The notes under the pieces: model-generated | Seen by the model: only the letters and a program-made list of their open reading frames with translations | Told to the model about the DNA's origin: nothing | Database searches by the model: none | Assembly: GCF_000021865.1 (NCBI RefSeq) | Contig: NC_014034.1 | Span: forward strand, 2,040,001-2,072,000 | Direction: 5' to 3' | Length of the DNA stretch: 32,000 bases | DNA from: Rhodobacter capsulatus SB 1003 | GTDB taxonomy: Bacteria; Pseudomonadota; Alphaproteobacteria; Rhodobacterales; Rhodobacteraceae | Translations under genes and position numbers: made by a program | Shown here: piece after piece, positions 21,220 through 30,631 of the stretch | Layout: each line of letters begins with the position of its first letter | Numbering within the stretch: position 1 is the first letter of the stretch

Positions 21220-21720
21220 TCACCGCAAACGAATGACGGTTGCGGCAATGGCGATGAACGCGGTGAAGCTGGTGTCGGTTTTGCAGCAGCGCGTGGCGAT
21301 CCCTCTGTATTCCTTGAGCTTTCCGAAGAAGTTTTCGATCAGGTGGCGCCACTTGTAGGTGTCACGGTCAAATTCAGCTGGGAAGCGTCGGTTGGACTTG
21401 GGCGGTATCACCGCCTCGGTTGCCGCCTCGGCCAAGGCCTCGCGCAGCCAATTCGCGTCAAACGCCCGGTCTGCAAGCAGCTTTCCACCCGAGAGCCGCT
21501 CGATGAGCACCGCAGTCGCGCAACAGGGGTGGCAAAGCAGGAAGCGCGCACTCTTTCCCCCAATCGGTCGTGTAACCGCGTTCGCGGGCCGAAGGGCGTT
21601 TCGCATCGTGGCGCCGCTTGCGGGCGCGGTCGGGGTGGCCGCTTCGGTGGTCACAGCCTCGATCCGCGACCGCATGCCGATGGCATTCTGCGGCCCGCGA
21701 CGGGACGAAGGGCGCGGGCA
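21220..21720 (-). pseudogene. IS5-family (IS427-like) DDE transposase remnant
   Basis: The C-terminal part, LLADRAFDANWLREAL...VIPPKSNRRFPAEFDRDTYKWRHLIENFFGKLKEYRGIATRCCKTDTSFTAFIAIAATVIRLR, matches the conserved IS5-family C-terminus. The upstream part is degenerate: only GPQNAIG-like traces remain, there is no N-terminal HTH region, and I found no terminal inverted repeats. Confidence 0.6.
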
Positions 21721-21933
21721 ATGACCTGTCGCCCGACAAAACACCCGGTACATCGGACAAAAACCGGGAACGGCCGACAACAGCCAATTTGTGTCGACAG
21801 ATCATCGCGTCATGGATGCTACGGGCTTCCAAAGGGCGCGCGCACTTTGCACGCCGTGCAACGCGGTGATGACGGTGCCATCGCCACATGAGGCTTGGTT
21901 TCCCGTTGATAGAGAGCCGGGGGGCGCAGCCCC

Positions 21934-22692
21934 CTACCCGGCCACCAGCCGCAGCGCGCGGGCGCGTTCGGGCGGGATCGCGCCGATCTCAAGCCCGGTA
22001 AACACGTGCAGCGTGCCCAGATCCTCGTCCACCACCGCATGATCCGAGACCCAGCCGCCCATGCCCAGATAAGAGCGCAGCAGCGGCGGCATCTTCAGCA
22101 TCGCCTGTTTCGGATCGCCCTTGCGCCCCAGAAGCTGGCGCGCATAGCGGATCACCTTCGGCGCTTTCACCCGCACCCGCCAGCGCTTCGGCGCCAGATG
22201 GCGCTCGGCCAGAACCGCAAAGGCATCGGCGCAGCTGTCGAAATCGGTGGTCAGGAAGGAGGAGCAGCCAAACAGCATCTCGATTCCCTCGGCATCGACG
22301 AGCCGCGTCACCGCCCCCCAGGCCAGCCGCAGGATGTCGGGATCGCGGCAGTCGGGATCGACGCAGAACCGCCCCATCTCCAGCATCCGCCCGGCATAGG
22401 CCGAAAGCGGCGTCAGGTCGTAAAATTGCGCCGAATAGCTGCGGTGCAGCTCGCGCCCGCTTTCCAGCGGCAGCAGCCGGAAGCAGCACACCAGCCGCCC
22501 GCTGCCCGCCTCCTCGACCAGCACATGGCGGCAGGCCGCGTCGAAAGCATCGGCATCCAGCGCCTCGCCCGCCGCAAGGCCCCGGCCGCGGGCCGAGACA
22601 AAGGCGCGCCAGCGCAGCGCCTGCGCCGCCTGCACATCCGCCTGCGATTGCGCGAGTCGGGCCAGATAACGGCCCCTCGAAAGCGAAAACAT
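21934..22692 (-). CDS. OlsB-like GNAT-fold N-acyltransferase (COG3176 putative hemolysin / ornithine-lipid synthase type)
   Basis: The track ORF was trimmed to the ATG at 22692, preceded by GGGGAG. RGRYLARLAQSQADVQAAQALRWRAFV...LEMGRFCV is characteristic of the OlsB/acyl-ACP-dependent N-acyl amino acid synthase family. Confidence 0.7.
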   Translation of the reverse strand: MFSLSRGRYLARLAQSQADVQAAQALRWRAFVSARGRGLAAGEALDADAFDAACRHVLVEEAGSGRLVCCFRLLPLESGRELHRSYSAQFYDLTPLSAYAGRMLEMGRFCVDPDCRDPDILRLAWGAVTRLVDAEGIEMLFGCSSFLTTDFDSCADAFAVLAERHLAPKRWRVRVKAPKVIRYARQLLGRKGDPKQAMLKMPPLLRSYLGMGGWVSDHAVVDEDLGTLHVFTGLEIGAIPPERARALRLVAG

Positions 22693-22810
22693 CGGCTCCC
22701 CCGGGATCAGTCGCGCCGATCCTACGGCAAAGACCTGACAGCGAAAAGACATTCGGCTGCGACCGAAGCGCCCCGTGCGGGGGGATCCCCGCGACGGGAC
22801 CCGGCCCCGG

Positions 22811-23248
22811 TCAGTTGTCGAGCAGCTTGCCCGCCGAAACGCGCCCGAACGAGCCCAGAAGCTCGCGGACAAGGCCCAGCCCCTTGATGTTGCTCTTCGT
22901 CACCCGGCGCGAGAGCACGACAACCTCGCCCCGCTCCATCCCGAAGCGCTCGACATTCTCGACCATGCCCTTGTCGTCGAAGCTGATCGCCACCACCTGC
23001 CGGTCGATTTCCTGCGGCGCCCGCGCGCCGTAATGCTTCCAGCGCGAGCCGACATAGAACCAGCCCGCCCCCTGCAGCACCCCCATCGAGGAGGGACGGC
23101 CGATCACCGCCGACACTTCCTCGCGCGAGCTTTTGCCGACCTCGATCTTGGCCAGATCGGTTTCGGTCGGCACATAGCCGTGGTTTTGATAGATCGGGGT
23201 GCAGCCCGCCGCGAACAGCACCGCCGCAACGGTGACATAACGCGCCAT
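22811..23248 (-). CDS. bamE: Outer-membrane protein assembly factor BamE (SmpA/OmlA lipoprotein)
   Basis: The track ORF was trimmed to the ATG at 23248. The lipobox is MARYVTVAAVLFAAG-C. The block GYVPTETDLAKIEVGKSSREEVSAVIGRPS is typical of BamE. Confidence 0.85.
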   Translation of the reverse strand: MARYVTVAAVLFAAGCTPIYQNHGYVPTETDLAKIEVGKSSREEVSAVIGRPSSMGVLQGAGWFYVGSRWKHYGARAPQEIDRQVVAISFDDKGMVENVERFGMERGEVVVLSRRVTKSNIKGLGLVRELLGSFGRVSAGKLLDN

Positions 23249-23387
23249 GCGGCGAATTCCGAACGTGCTGCTCAAGCCTACCCCCTCTTGCCTCGTGACC
23301 TCGGGCCTTCTATCCCGATTACAACAGGATGCCGCCGCCCTCAAGCGCCTCTGCCGTCCTGACCCGCCTGCGATCCCGGAGACCGTG

Positions 23388-23954
23388 ATGACCGACACCG
23401 ATGCCCTGCCCTTCAGCCATGCGCTGCGCCCCGCCGAGCTGGCCGCGCGCAAGCCCACCCGCTTCGACATCGCCCCCGACGCCGCCACCTGCGCCGCCAT
23501 CGCCGCCTGGGCGGGGATCGAGGCGCTGGAAACGCTGCGGCTCAAGGGCACGTTGACCCCCACCGGCCGGTCGGACTGGGCGCTGGACGCCGAATTCACC
23601 GCCCGCGCCGTGCAGGCCTGCGTGGTGACGCTGGCGCCCGTGACCACCGATCTGCGCGAAACCGTCGCCCGGCGCTATCTGGCGCAGATGGAAACCCCCG
23701 CGGGCGACGAGATCGAGATCCCCGAGGACACCGATGCCGAGCCGCTGCCCGACCGCATCGATCTGGGCGCGGTCGCGCTCGAGGTGCTGGAACTGGCGCT
23801 GCCGCTTTATCCGCATGCGCCCGATGCCGCGCCGGTCGCGGCGCAGGCCGCCCCGCCCGGGGCCGCACCGATCCGCGACGAGGACACCCGTCCCTTCGCC
23901 AATCTGAAAAGCCTTCTGGGGGGCAAACCCGGGGGGGAAGACGACCAGTCCTGA
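23388..23954 (+). CDS. YceD/DUF177-family protein
   Basis: The track ORF was trimmed to the ATG at 23388 (MTDTDALPF...). It has an acidic C-terminal half and sits directly upstream of rpmF and plsX, as YceD usually does. Confidence 0.7.
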   Translation: MTDTDALPFSHALRPAELAARKPTRFDIAPDAATCAAIAAWAGIEALETLRLKGTLTPTGRSDWALDAEFTARAVQACVVTLAPVTTDLRETVARRYLAQMETPAGDEIEIPEDTDAEPLPDRIDLGAVALEVLELALPLYPHAPDAAPVAAQAAPPGAAPIRDEDTRPFANLKSLLGGKPGGEDDQS

Positions 23955-24152
23955 GCGCGGCGTTTCGGCCCGGTTGCGACGCGGTTGTGACGGTGCCGAA
24001 AAAAGCTGCAAAAAGGGCTTGCAACGGGGCGGAACTGCAGTATGTTCCCGGCCTCATTCGAACGCAGGGTTCGCCCCCGGTCCGCCACTGGCTGCCGTGA
24101 CGAAACCCCAGGCAAAACAGGGCCTTGCGCCCCCAGAACCGAGGTTAGACAC

Positions 24153-24359
24153 ATGGCCGTCCCGCAGAACCGAGTCACGCGCTCCCGTCGTAACATGCGC
24201 CGCGCGCATGACGCCCTTGTGGCCGCCAACCCGGCTTCGTGCCCGAACTGTGGCGAACTGAAGCGCCCGCACCATGTCTGCGGCGCCTGCGGCCACTACG
24301 ACGACCGCGAAGTGGTTGCGCAAGCGGCCGAAGTCGATCTGGACGACGACGCGGCGTAA
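24153..24359 (+). CDS. rpmF: 50S ribosomal protein L32
   Basis: [22 protein letters not shown]... with the CPNCGE...CGACG zinc-ribbon. The SD GAGG lies 8 nt upstream of the ATG. Confidence 0.95.
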
Positions 24360-24407
24360 GCCCGTCCCTCCGCCATGGTCAAACTGTTCAAACAGGAGAC
24401 GACCACG

Positions 24408-25574
24408 GTGGGAGTAGAAGCTGACGTTACGTCAAGTCGCGGCTGTCCTGCAGCCGCTCAAGCGCCGGATGTTTCCGGCGCTTTGATTTCCGGCGTCCCG
24501 GTTTCCGCCCCGCTCGTGCTGTCGATCGATGCAATGGGGGGCGACCGGGGCCCCGCGGCCGTCCTGGACGGGATCGCCCTTGCGCGCCGGAAGTATCCCG
24601 ATCTGCATTTTCTGGTGCACGGCCCCGAAGCCGAGCTGGCGCCGCTGGTGAAGGCGCGCAGGCTGAAGTCCTGTGTGACGATCCGTCACGCGACCGGCGT
24701 TGTCACGATGCATGACAAGCCCGCGGCGGTGATGCGCGGCGGCAAGGACACGTCGATGTGGTCGACGATCGATGCGGTGCGCGACGGCGCGGCGCAGGTC
24801 GCGGTGTCCTGCGGCAATACCGGCGCGCTGATGGCGGTCTCGATGCTGCGGCTGCGCAAGATGCCAGGGGTGAACCGGCCTGCCATCGCTGCCTTCTGGC
24901 CCTGCAAGAATCCCTCCGGATTCAATATCATGCTGGACATGGGCGCGGATGTGAAAGCCGAGGCCCGCGATCTTCTGACCTATGCGCTGATGGGCTCTTC
25001 CTATGCCCGCAACGCGCTTGGTCTGGACCGGCCGCGGGTCGGGCTGCTCAATGTCGGCACCGAAGAACACAAGGGCCATGCCGAGCTGAAGATCGCCGCC
25101 GAGATGATCGGCGCGATGGAAACCGCGGGCGGCTATGAGTTCGTCGGCTTCGTCGAGGGCAACGACCTGCCCGGCTCGCGGGTCGATGTGATCGTCACCG
25201 ACGGCTTCACCGGCAATGTCGCGCTGAAGACCGGCGAGGGCACGGCGAAATTCGCGGGCGAGCTGATGCGCGAGGCCTTCACCTCGAGCCTGCTTTCGAA
25301 GCTCGGGGCGCTGCTGGCCTCGGGGGCGCTGAAGCGGCTGAAGGCGAAGATCGACCCGCGCCGGGTCAATGGCGGGGTTTTCCTCGGCCTGAACGGAACC
25401 GTGATCAAGTCGCATGGCGGCGCCGATGCGACGGGGGTGGCGGCGGCCATCGACCTTGCGGCGCGGCTGGCCGGTCTGGGCTTTGCCGAACGTCTTGCGG
25501 CCCGGGTTGCCCTTGCGTCAGCAAACGGTCAGGATGCAGCCTCGGCGGAGGCAGGAATCGAGAACGCAAAATGA
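24408..25574 (+). CDS. plsX: Phosphate acyltransferase PlsX
   Basis: The SIDAMGGDRGP motif and full-length PlsX similarity are present. The GTG at 24408 is preferred because AGGAG lies 9 nt upstream. The in-frame ATG at 24375 has no SD, so the start is uncertain. Confidence 0.9.
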   Translation: MGVEADVTSSRGCPAAAQAPDVSGALISGVPVSAPLVLSIDAMGGDRGPAAVLDGIALARRKYPDLHFLVHGPEAELAPLVKARRLKSCVTIRHATGVVTMHDKPAAVMRGGKDTSMWSTIDAVRDGAAQVAVSCGNTGALMAVSMLRLRKMPGVNRPAIAAFWPCKNPSGFNIMLDMGADVKAEARDLLTYALMGSSYARNALGLDRPRVGLLNVGTEEHKGHAELKIAAEMIGAMETAGGYEFVGFVEGNDLPGSRVDVIVTDGFTGNVALKTGEGTAKFAGELMREAFTSSLLSKLGALLASGALKRLKAKIDPRRVNGGVFLGLNGTVIKSHGGADATGVAAAIDLAARLAGLGFAERLAARVALASANGQDAASAEAGIENAK

Positions 25575-26545
25575 CGATCAGAGCGGTGGTCCGTGGCGTG
25601 GGGCATTACCTGCCCGCCCGCGTGGTGGAGAATGCCGAGTTCGAGGGCAAGCTCGACACGACGGATGAATGGATCCGGTCCCGCACCGGGATCGAACGGC
25701 GCCATTTCGCGGCCGAGGGGGAAACCACCTCGCAGCTGGCGATCAAGGCGGCCGCGGCGGCGCTGGCCGATGCGGGGCTGAGCGCGGCGGATATCGATGC
25801 GATCGTGGTCGCGACCTCGACGCCGGATTTCACCTTCCCGTCGGTTGCGACGATGGTGCAGGCGGGGCTTGGCAACACCAATGCCTTTGCCTTTGACGTG
25901 CAGGCGGTCTGCGCCGGCTTCGTCTTTGCGCTGGCGAATGCGAACGGGATGATCCTGTCGGGCCAGGCGAAACGGGTGCTGGTGATCGGCGCCGAGACGT
26001 TTTCGCGGATCATGGACTGGGCCGATCGCGGCACCTGCGTTCTGTTCGGCGACGGCGCCGGGGCGCTGATCCTCGAGGCGGCCGAGGGCGCGGGCACGGC
26101 CGCCGACCGCGGCATTCTGGCAAGCGACCTGCATTCGGACGGCCGCTACCGGGAATTGCTTTACGTCGATGGCGGGGTGTCGACCAACGGCCAGTCCGGC
26201 CATCTGCGGATGCAGGGCAATGCCGTCTTCAAACATGCGGTGCAAAAACTGGCCGAGACCGCGCATGCGGCGCTCGCCAAGGCCGGTCTGACGCCCGAGG
26301 ACGTGAGCTGGATCGTGCCGCATCAGGCGAACCTGCGCATCATCACCGCCACGGCGGAACGGATGGGGGTGCCGATGGAGCGGGTGGTGGTGACGGTGGC
26401 CGATCACGGCAACACCTCTGCCGCATCGATTCCCCTGGCGCTCTCGACGGCGCGGGCGCGCGGGCAGATCAAGGCGGGGGATCTGATCGTGACCGAGGCG
26501 ATCGGCGGCGGTCTGGCCTGGGGATCGGTGGTCCTGCGCTGGTAA
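25571..26545 (+). CDS. fabH: Beta-ketoacyl-ACP synthase III
   Basis: The active-site Cys is in AFDVQAVCAGF, with HQANLRI and GNTSAASIP also present. The start overlaps the plsX stop (ATGA). Confidence 0.95.
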   Translation: MTIRAVVRGVGHYLPARVVENAEFEGKLDTTDEWIRSRTGIERRHFAAEGETTSQLAIKAAAAALADAGLSAADIDAIVVATSTPDFTFPSVATMVQAGLGNTNAFAFDVQAVCAGFVFALANANGMILSGQAKRVLVIGAETFSRIMDWADRGTCVLFGDGAGALILEAAEGAGTAADRGILASDLHSDGRYRELLYVDGGVSTNGQSGHLRMQGNAVFKHAVQKLAETAHAALAKAGLTPEDVSWIVPHQANLRIITATAERMGVPMERVVVTVADHGNTSAASIPLALSTARARGQIKAGDLIVTEAIGGGLAWGSVVLRW

Positions 26546-26656
26546 AGAGGTGATTACGGTGGAAAAAGCCGTCTCAACCTTGCCGCGCAAGCCATTGATA
26601 TTGACTCGGGAAATACTTGCCCCCATCGTGATCCATATCACTCCCGGGGGATTGAG

Positions 26657-26959
26657 ATGTCAGAGAAAACCCTGACCCGCATGGATCTGAGCGAAGCCGT
26701 GTTCCGCGAAGTCGGGCTCAGCCGAAATGAATCCGCGCAGCTGGTCGAAACCGTGTTGCAACATATGTCCGACGCGCTGGTGCGCGGCGAGACGGTCAAG
26801 ATCTCGTCCTTTGGCACGTTTTCCGTGCGCGACAAGACCTCGCGCATGGGGCGCAACCCGAAGACGGGCGAGGAAGTGCCGATTTCGCCGCGGCGGGTGC
26901 TGTCGTTCCGGCCCTCGCATCTGATGAAGGACCGGGTTGCCGAAGGCAATGCAAAATAG
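26657..26959 (+). CDS. ihfA: Integration host factor subunit alpha
   Basis: 100 aa with [10 protein letters not shown]...[30 protein letters not shown], the HU/IHF fold signature. Confidence 0.93.
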   Translation: MSEKTLTRMDLSEAVFREVGLSRNESAQLVETVLQHMSDALVRGETVKISSFGTFSVRDKTSRMGRNPKTGEEVPISPRRVLSFRPSHLMKDRVAEGNAK

Positions 26960-27014
26960 GGCCGGTTGAACCGGTTCACCGAATTGAGCCCGAGCAGGGG
27001 ATGATCGCGCCGCG

Positions 27015-29255
27015 ATGACGAAGTCAGCCGAGGCCTTCCGTACGATTACCGAGGTGGCAGAGCTCCTCGAAACCCCGACGCATGTGCTGCGATTCTGGGA
27101 AAGCAAGTTTCCGCAGATCAAGCCGGTGAAGCGGGCGGGCGGGCGGCGCTATTACCGCCCGGCCGATGTCGCGCTGCTGGTGGGGATCAAGCATCTGCTG
27201 CAGGTCGAGGCGCTGCCGATCAAGGAGGCGCAGGCGCGGCTGAAATCGCAGGGCGCGAAGAAGGTCTCGGCGCTGGGGGCCGAGATGCTGAGCGCGAATC
27301 TGCCGCGCGAACCCGTGCCCGAAGCTGCGCCCGAACCGGTCGCCGAAGCGGTGCCGGAAGAGCCGGTTTCCGGGCTTCTGTCGGAAGCGTTCGAGGAAAA
27401 CGTCGCGGACGAACTGGCTTTCGTCCCCGAGGAACCAGAGCCGGTCGCCGAGGAGATGCCGGAAGAGCCGGTTTCCGAGCTTCTGCCGGAAGCGTTCGAA
27501 GAAAACGTCGCAGACGAACCGACCTTCCTCCCTGAAGAATCGGAGCCGGTCGCGGAGGCGGTGCCGGAAGAGCCGGTTTCCGGGCTTCTGCCGGAAGCGT
27601 TCGAAGAAAACGTCGCGGAAGAACCGGCTTTCGTCCCCGAGGAACCGGAGCCGGTCGCCGAGGCGATGCCGGAAGAGCCGGTTTCCGAGCTTCTGCCGGA
27701 AGCAGTCGAAGAAAACGTCGCGGAAGAACCGACCTTCCTCCCCGAGGAACCGGAACCGGTCGCGGAGGCGATGCCGGAAGAGCCGGTTTCCAAGCTTCTG
27801 TCGGAAGTGTTCGAAGAAAACGTCGCGGAAGAACTGGCTTTCCTCCCCGAGGAACCGGAACCGGTCGCGGAGGCGATGCCAGAAGAGCCGGTTTCCGGGC
27901 TTCTGTCGGAAGTGTTCGAAGAAAACGTCGCGGAAGAACCGACCTTCCTCCCCGAGGAACCGGAACCGGTCGCGGAGGCGATGCCGGAAGAGCCGGTTTC
28001 CGAGCTTCTGCCGGAAGCGTTCGAAGAAAACGCCGCGGACGAACCGACCTTCCTCCCCGAGGAACCGGAACCGGTCGCCGAAGCGGTGCCGGAAGCGCCC
28101 GAAGACCTCGGCGCGGAGGATCCGGCAGCGCCTCTGGCGACGCCCGAGGCAGAGGCCGAACGGGGGCTGAGCCCGGAGGAGCTGGATCGGATCGACGAAG
28201 AACGTCGGATCGAACGGGCCCGGATCGAGGCCGAGGCGCGGGCGCTGGAAGCGGCGCAGGCGGCGGTCGAGCAGGCCCGCCGCGAGGCGGAAGCGGTGCG
28301 GGCCGAGCTGCAGCGGCTGCGTCGCGAGGCCGAGCACGCCCGGGCGGAAGCGGCCCGGGCCAAGGCCGAGGCGGAGCTTGCCGCCCAGGTCGCAGCCGCG
28401 GCGCGGGACGCCGCCGAGGCGGAACCGCCCGAGCCCTGGCCTCCCGCCGATCCCGTCACTGCGCCGGAACCGGCTGCGGTGCCGCTGCCCGAGAGCCCGG
28501 TTGCCGCCGCCTTTGACCCGGCCCCCGCGGATGCGCCCGACCCCGCGGCGACGACCGCGGATGCGCCGCCCTTCGAGGATATCGCCTATCGCTTCATCGC
28601 GCCCCGGCCGCTGGCGCGCCCCGCGGTGGTGGTGGCGCCCGAACCGGAGCCGGAGCCGGAGCCCGCGCCCGCCCCTGCCCCCGAACCGGAGCCGGAGCTG
28701 CCGGTTCAGGGCTCGCTTTTCGATTACTTCGCGCAGCCCCCCGAGGCCGCGCCGAAACCGGCGCCGGTCGCCGAGCCGGCCCCCCTGCCCGAGCCTGTTG
28801 TGCCCGAGCCTGTCCCCGAATCCGTGGCAGAACCCGAGCCGGAACCGGAACCGGAACCTCTCGCGGAAGCCGCGCCGATGACCGGGATCGCGGCAGCGCC
28901 CGCTTTCGCCGCGCCCGAGCCGATTCTGGTCTTCGCCGCCCCGCCCGATCCCGAGCCGGAACCAGAGCCCGAACCGGAGCCCGAGCCCGACCCGGCGTCG
29001 GAATTCGATCCGCTCGACCGGGTGGTGTCGCTGATCCTGAGCGGCACCGCGCCGCTGCAGGTGGAACTGGCCGCGGCCGGGCAGATCGATCCGACGGCGA
29101 ATCCTCTGGGCGCCCTGCGCGAGGATCTGACGCGCTTTGCCCCCGACGCGCTCTCGCCGATCGAGCGGATGCGGCTTCTGGCGGCGCATGACCGTCTGGT
29201 GCGGCTGGCCGGGCGTCTGGCGCAGCCGCCCCGGCCGGTTCCGGCGCGGCGCTGA
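27015..29255 (+). CDS. MerR-family HTH protein with a very long acidic Pro/Glu-rich repetitive extension
   Basis: The N-terminal MerR HTH reads [45 protein letters not shown]. It is followed by 7 x 35-aa repeats, a charged Ala/Arg/Glu helix, EP-dipeptide runs and a non-repetitive C-terminal segment of about 85 aa. Confidence 0.85.
27331..28100 (+). repeat. In-frame 105-bp tandem repeat, 7 full units plus partial flanks
   Basis: The unit marker CCGGAAGAGCCGGTTTCC recurs at 27354, 27459, 27564, 27669, 27774, 27879 (as CCAGAAGAG...) and 27984, and a diverged partial unit starts at 28089. The unit encodes [35 protein letters not shown]. Confidence 0.95.
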
Positions 29256-29308
29256 GGATGCCCGTCGTCCCCGCCTGCAAGTCCGTGCAAAAAATTGCGT
29301 TTTGCCGC

Positions 29309-29337
29309 TTGCACCCGGGGGCGCAATGGCTCTATAT
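29309..29337 (+). promoter_or_regulatory. Sigma-70-like promoter of tRNA-Pro
   Basis: TTGCAC (29309..29314), a 17-nt spacer, then CTATAT (29332..29337), 9 nt upstream of the mature tRNA 5' end. Confidence 0.5.
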
Positions 29338-29346
29338 GCGCCTCGT

Positions 29347-29424
29347 CGGGCCGTGGCGCAGCCTGGTTAGCGCGTCCGTCTGGGGGGCGGAAGGTCGTGA
29401 GTTCGAATCTCACCGGCCCGACCA
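29347..29424 (+). tRNA. tRNA-Pro (anticodon GGG)
   Basis: The acceptor CGGGCCG pairs with CGGCCCG. The anticodon loop is CTGGGGG. The T-arm is GTGAGTTCGAATCTCAC and the A-CCA end is encoded. Confidence 0.9.
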
Positions 29425-29430
29425 TCAAAA

Positions 29431-29466
29431 GAACGCTCACTCCGGCTGGAGTGGGCGTTCTTTTTT
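29431..29466 (+). terminator. Rho-independent terminator of tRNA-Pro
   Basis: GAACGCTCACTCC GGCT GGAGTGGGCGTTC followed by TTTTTT. Confidence 0.85.
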
Positions 29467-29493
29467 GACCAATTCCAGTTCCGCGAGGCCGCG

Positions 29494-30585
29494 ATGATGC
29501 ATGGTGTTCTTCCCGACAGCGCCCTGCGCGCGATGATCGCCCGCGGCGAGATCGCCGCCGCCCGTCCGGTGACCCCCGAACAGATCCAGCCTGCCAGCCT
29601 TGATCTGCGGCTGGGCGAGGTCGCCTATCGCATCCGCGCCTCGTTTCTGGCGGGGCGGGGCCAGCGGGTCGAGACGAAGCTTTCCGACTTCGAGATGCAC
29701 CGGATGCGCCTGTCCGAGGGCGCGGTGCTGGAAAAGGGCTGTGTCTATCTGGTGCCGCTGATGGAGCGCCTGGCCCTGCCCGCCGGTCTGACCGCGGTCA
29801 GCAATGCGAAAAGCTCGACCGGGCGGCTCGATCTGCTGACCCGGGTGATCACCGACGACGGCACGGAATTCGACCGCATTCCCGAGGGCTACACCGGCCC
29901 GCTTTACGCCGAGATCTGCCCGCGGTCGTTTTCGGTGCTGGTGCGGCCGGGGATGCGGCTGAACCAGATCCGCTTTCGCGCCGGGCAGGCGGCGCTTTCC
30001 GACCCCGAGCTGAAGGCGCTGCATGCGGCTGAACCGCTCGTCAGCGGCATCGGGCACGGCGGGGCGGTGATCGACCATGGGCTGGGCTTCTCCGTCGATC
30101 TGCGCCCGGCGGAAGGAGATCTGGTCGGCTACCGGGCGAAGCCGCATGCCGGGGTGGTCGATCTGGACCGGATCGCGCATTACCCGGCCAGTGATTTCTG
30201 GGAAGAGGTGCGCACGCGCGAGGGGCGGATCATTCTCGACCCTGGCGCCTTCTACATTCTGGTCAGCCGCGAGGCGGTGGTGATCCCGCCCGATTTCGCC
30301 GCCGAGATGGCGCCCTATCTGGCGATGGTGGGGGAATTCCGCGTGCATTACGCGGGCTTCTTCGATCCCGGTTTCGGCCATGGCGCGGCAGGGGGCGAAG
30401 GCTCCAGGGGCGTGCTGGAAGTGCGCTGCCACGAGGCGCCCTTTGTTCTGGAACATGGGCAGGTGGTGGGGCGGCTGGTCTATGAGCGCATGGCCGGGCG
30501 GCCGGAGCGGCTTTACGGCGCCGGGATCGCCTCGAACTATCAGGGCCAGGGGCTGAAGCTCGCCAAGCATTTCCGCGCGGGGTGA
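29494..30585 (+). CDS. dcd: 2'-deoxycytidine 5'-triphosphate deaminase, long form (DCD family)
   Basis: 363 aa. The N-terminal LPDSALRAMIARGEI...QIQPASLDLRLGEVAYRIRASFL is typical of the roughly 360-aa alphaproteobacterial Dcd-like proteins. Confidence 0.75.
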   Translation: MMHGVLPDSALRAMIARGEIAAARPVTPEQIQPASLDLRLGEVAYRIRASFLAGRGQRVETKLSDFEMHRMRLSEGAVLEKGCVYLVPLMERLALPAGLTAVSNAKSSTGRLDLLTRVITDDGTEFDRIPEGYTGPLYAEICPRSFSVLVRPGMRLNQIRFRAGQAALSDPELKALHAAEPLVSGIGHGGAVIDHGLGFSVDLRPAEGDLVGYRAKPHAGVVDLDRIAHYPASDFWEEVRTREGRIILDPGAFYILVSREAVVIPPDFAAEMAPYLAMVGEFRVHYAGFFDPGFGHGAAGGEGSRGVLEVRCHEAPFVLEHGQVVGRLVYERMAGRPERLYGAGIASNYQGQGLKLAKHFRAG

Positions 30586-30631
30586 GGGGCGCGCGGATGG
30601 ATTTCGCCGCGGCTTTGCCTGCGGCGACCCG

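Noticed and set aside
21033-22692. tRNA-Ser-linked genomic island.
   Set aside because: Only a degraded IS fragment of about 0.8 kb follows the tRNA. No integrase and no direct repeat of the tRNA 3' end were seen, and the next genes (OlsB-like, bamE, yceD-like, rpmF, plsX, fabH) are core housekeeping genes.
27024-29189. 721-aa and 435-aa minus-strand ORFs opposite the MerR-like gene, plus 28378..28881 (+) and 28594..29440 (-).
   Set aside because: These are antisense or off-frame shadows of a GC-rich repetitive gene. Their products are Arg/Gly/Ser/Phe low-complexity. Only the plus-strand frame gives a MerR HTH at the N-terminus.
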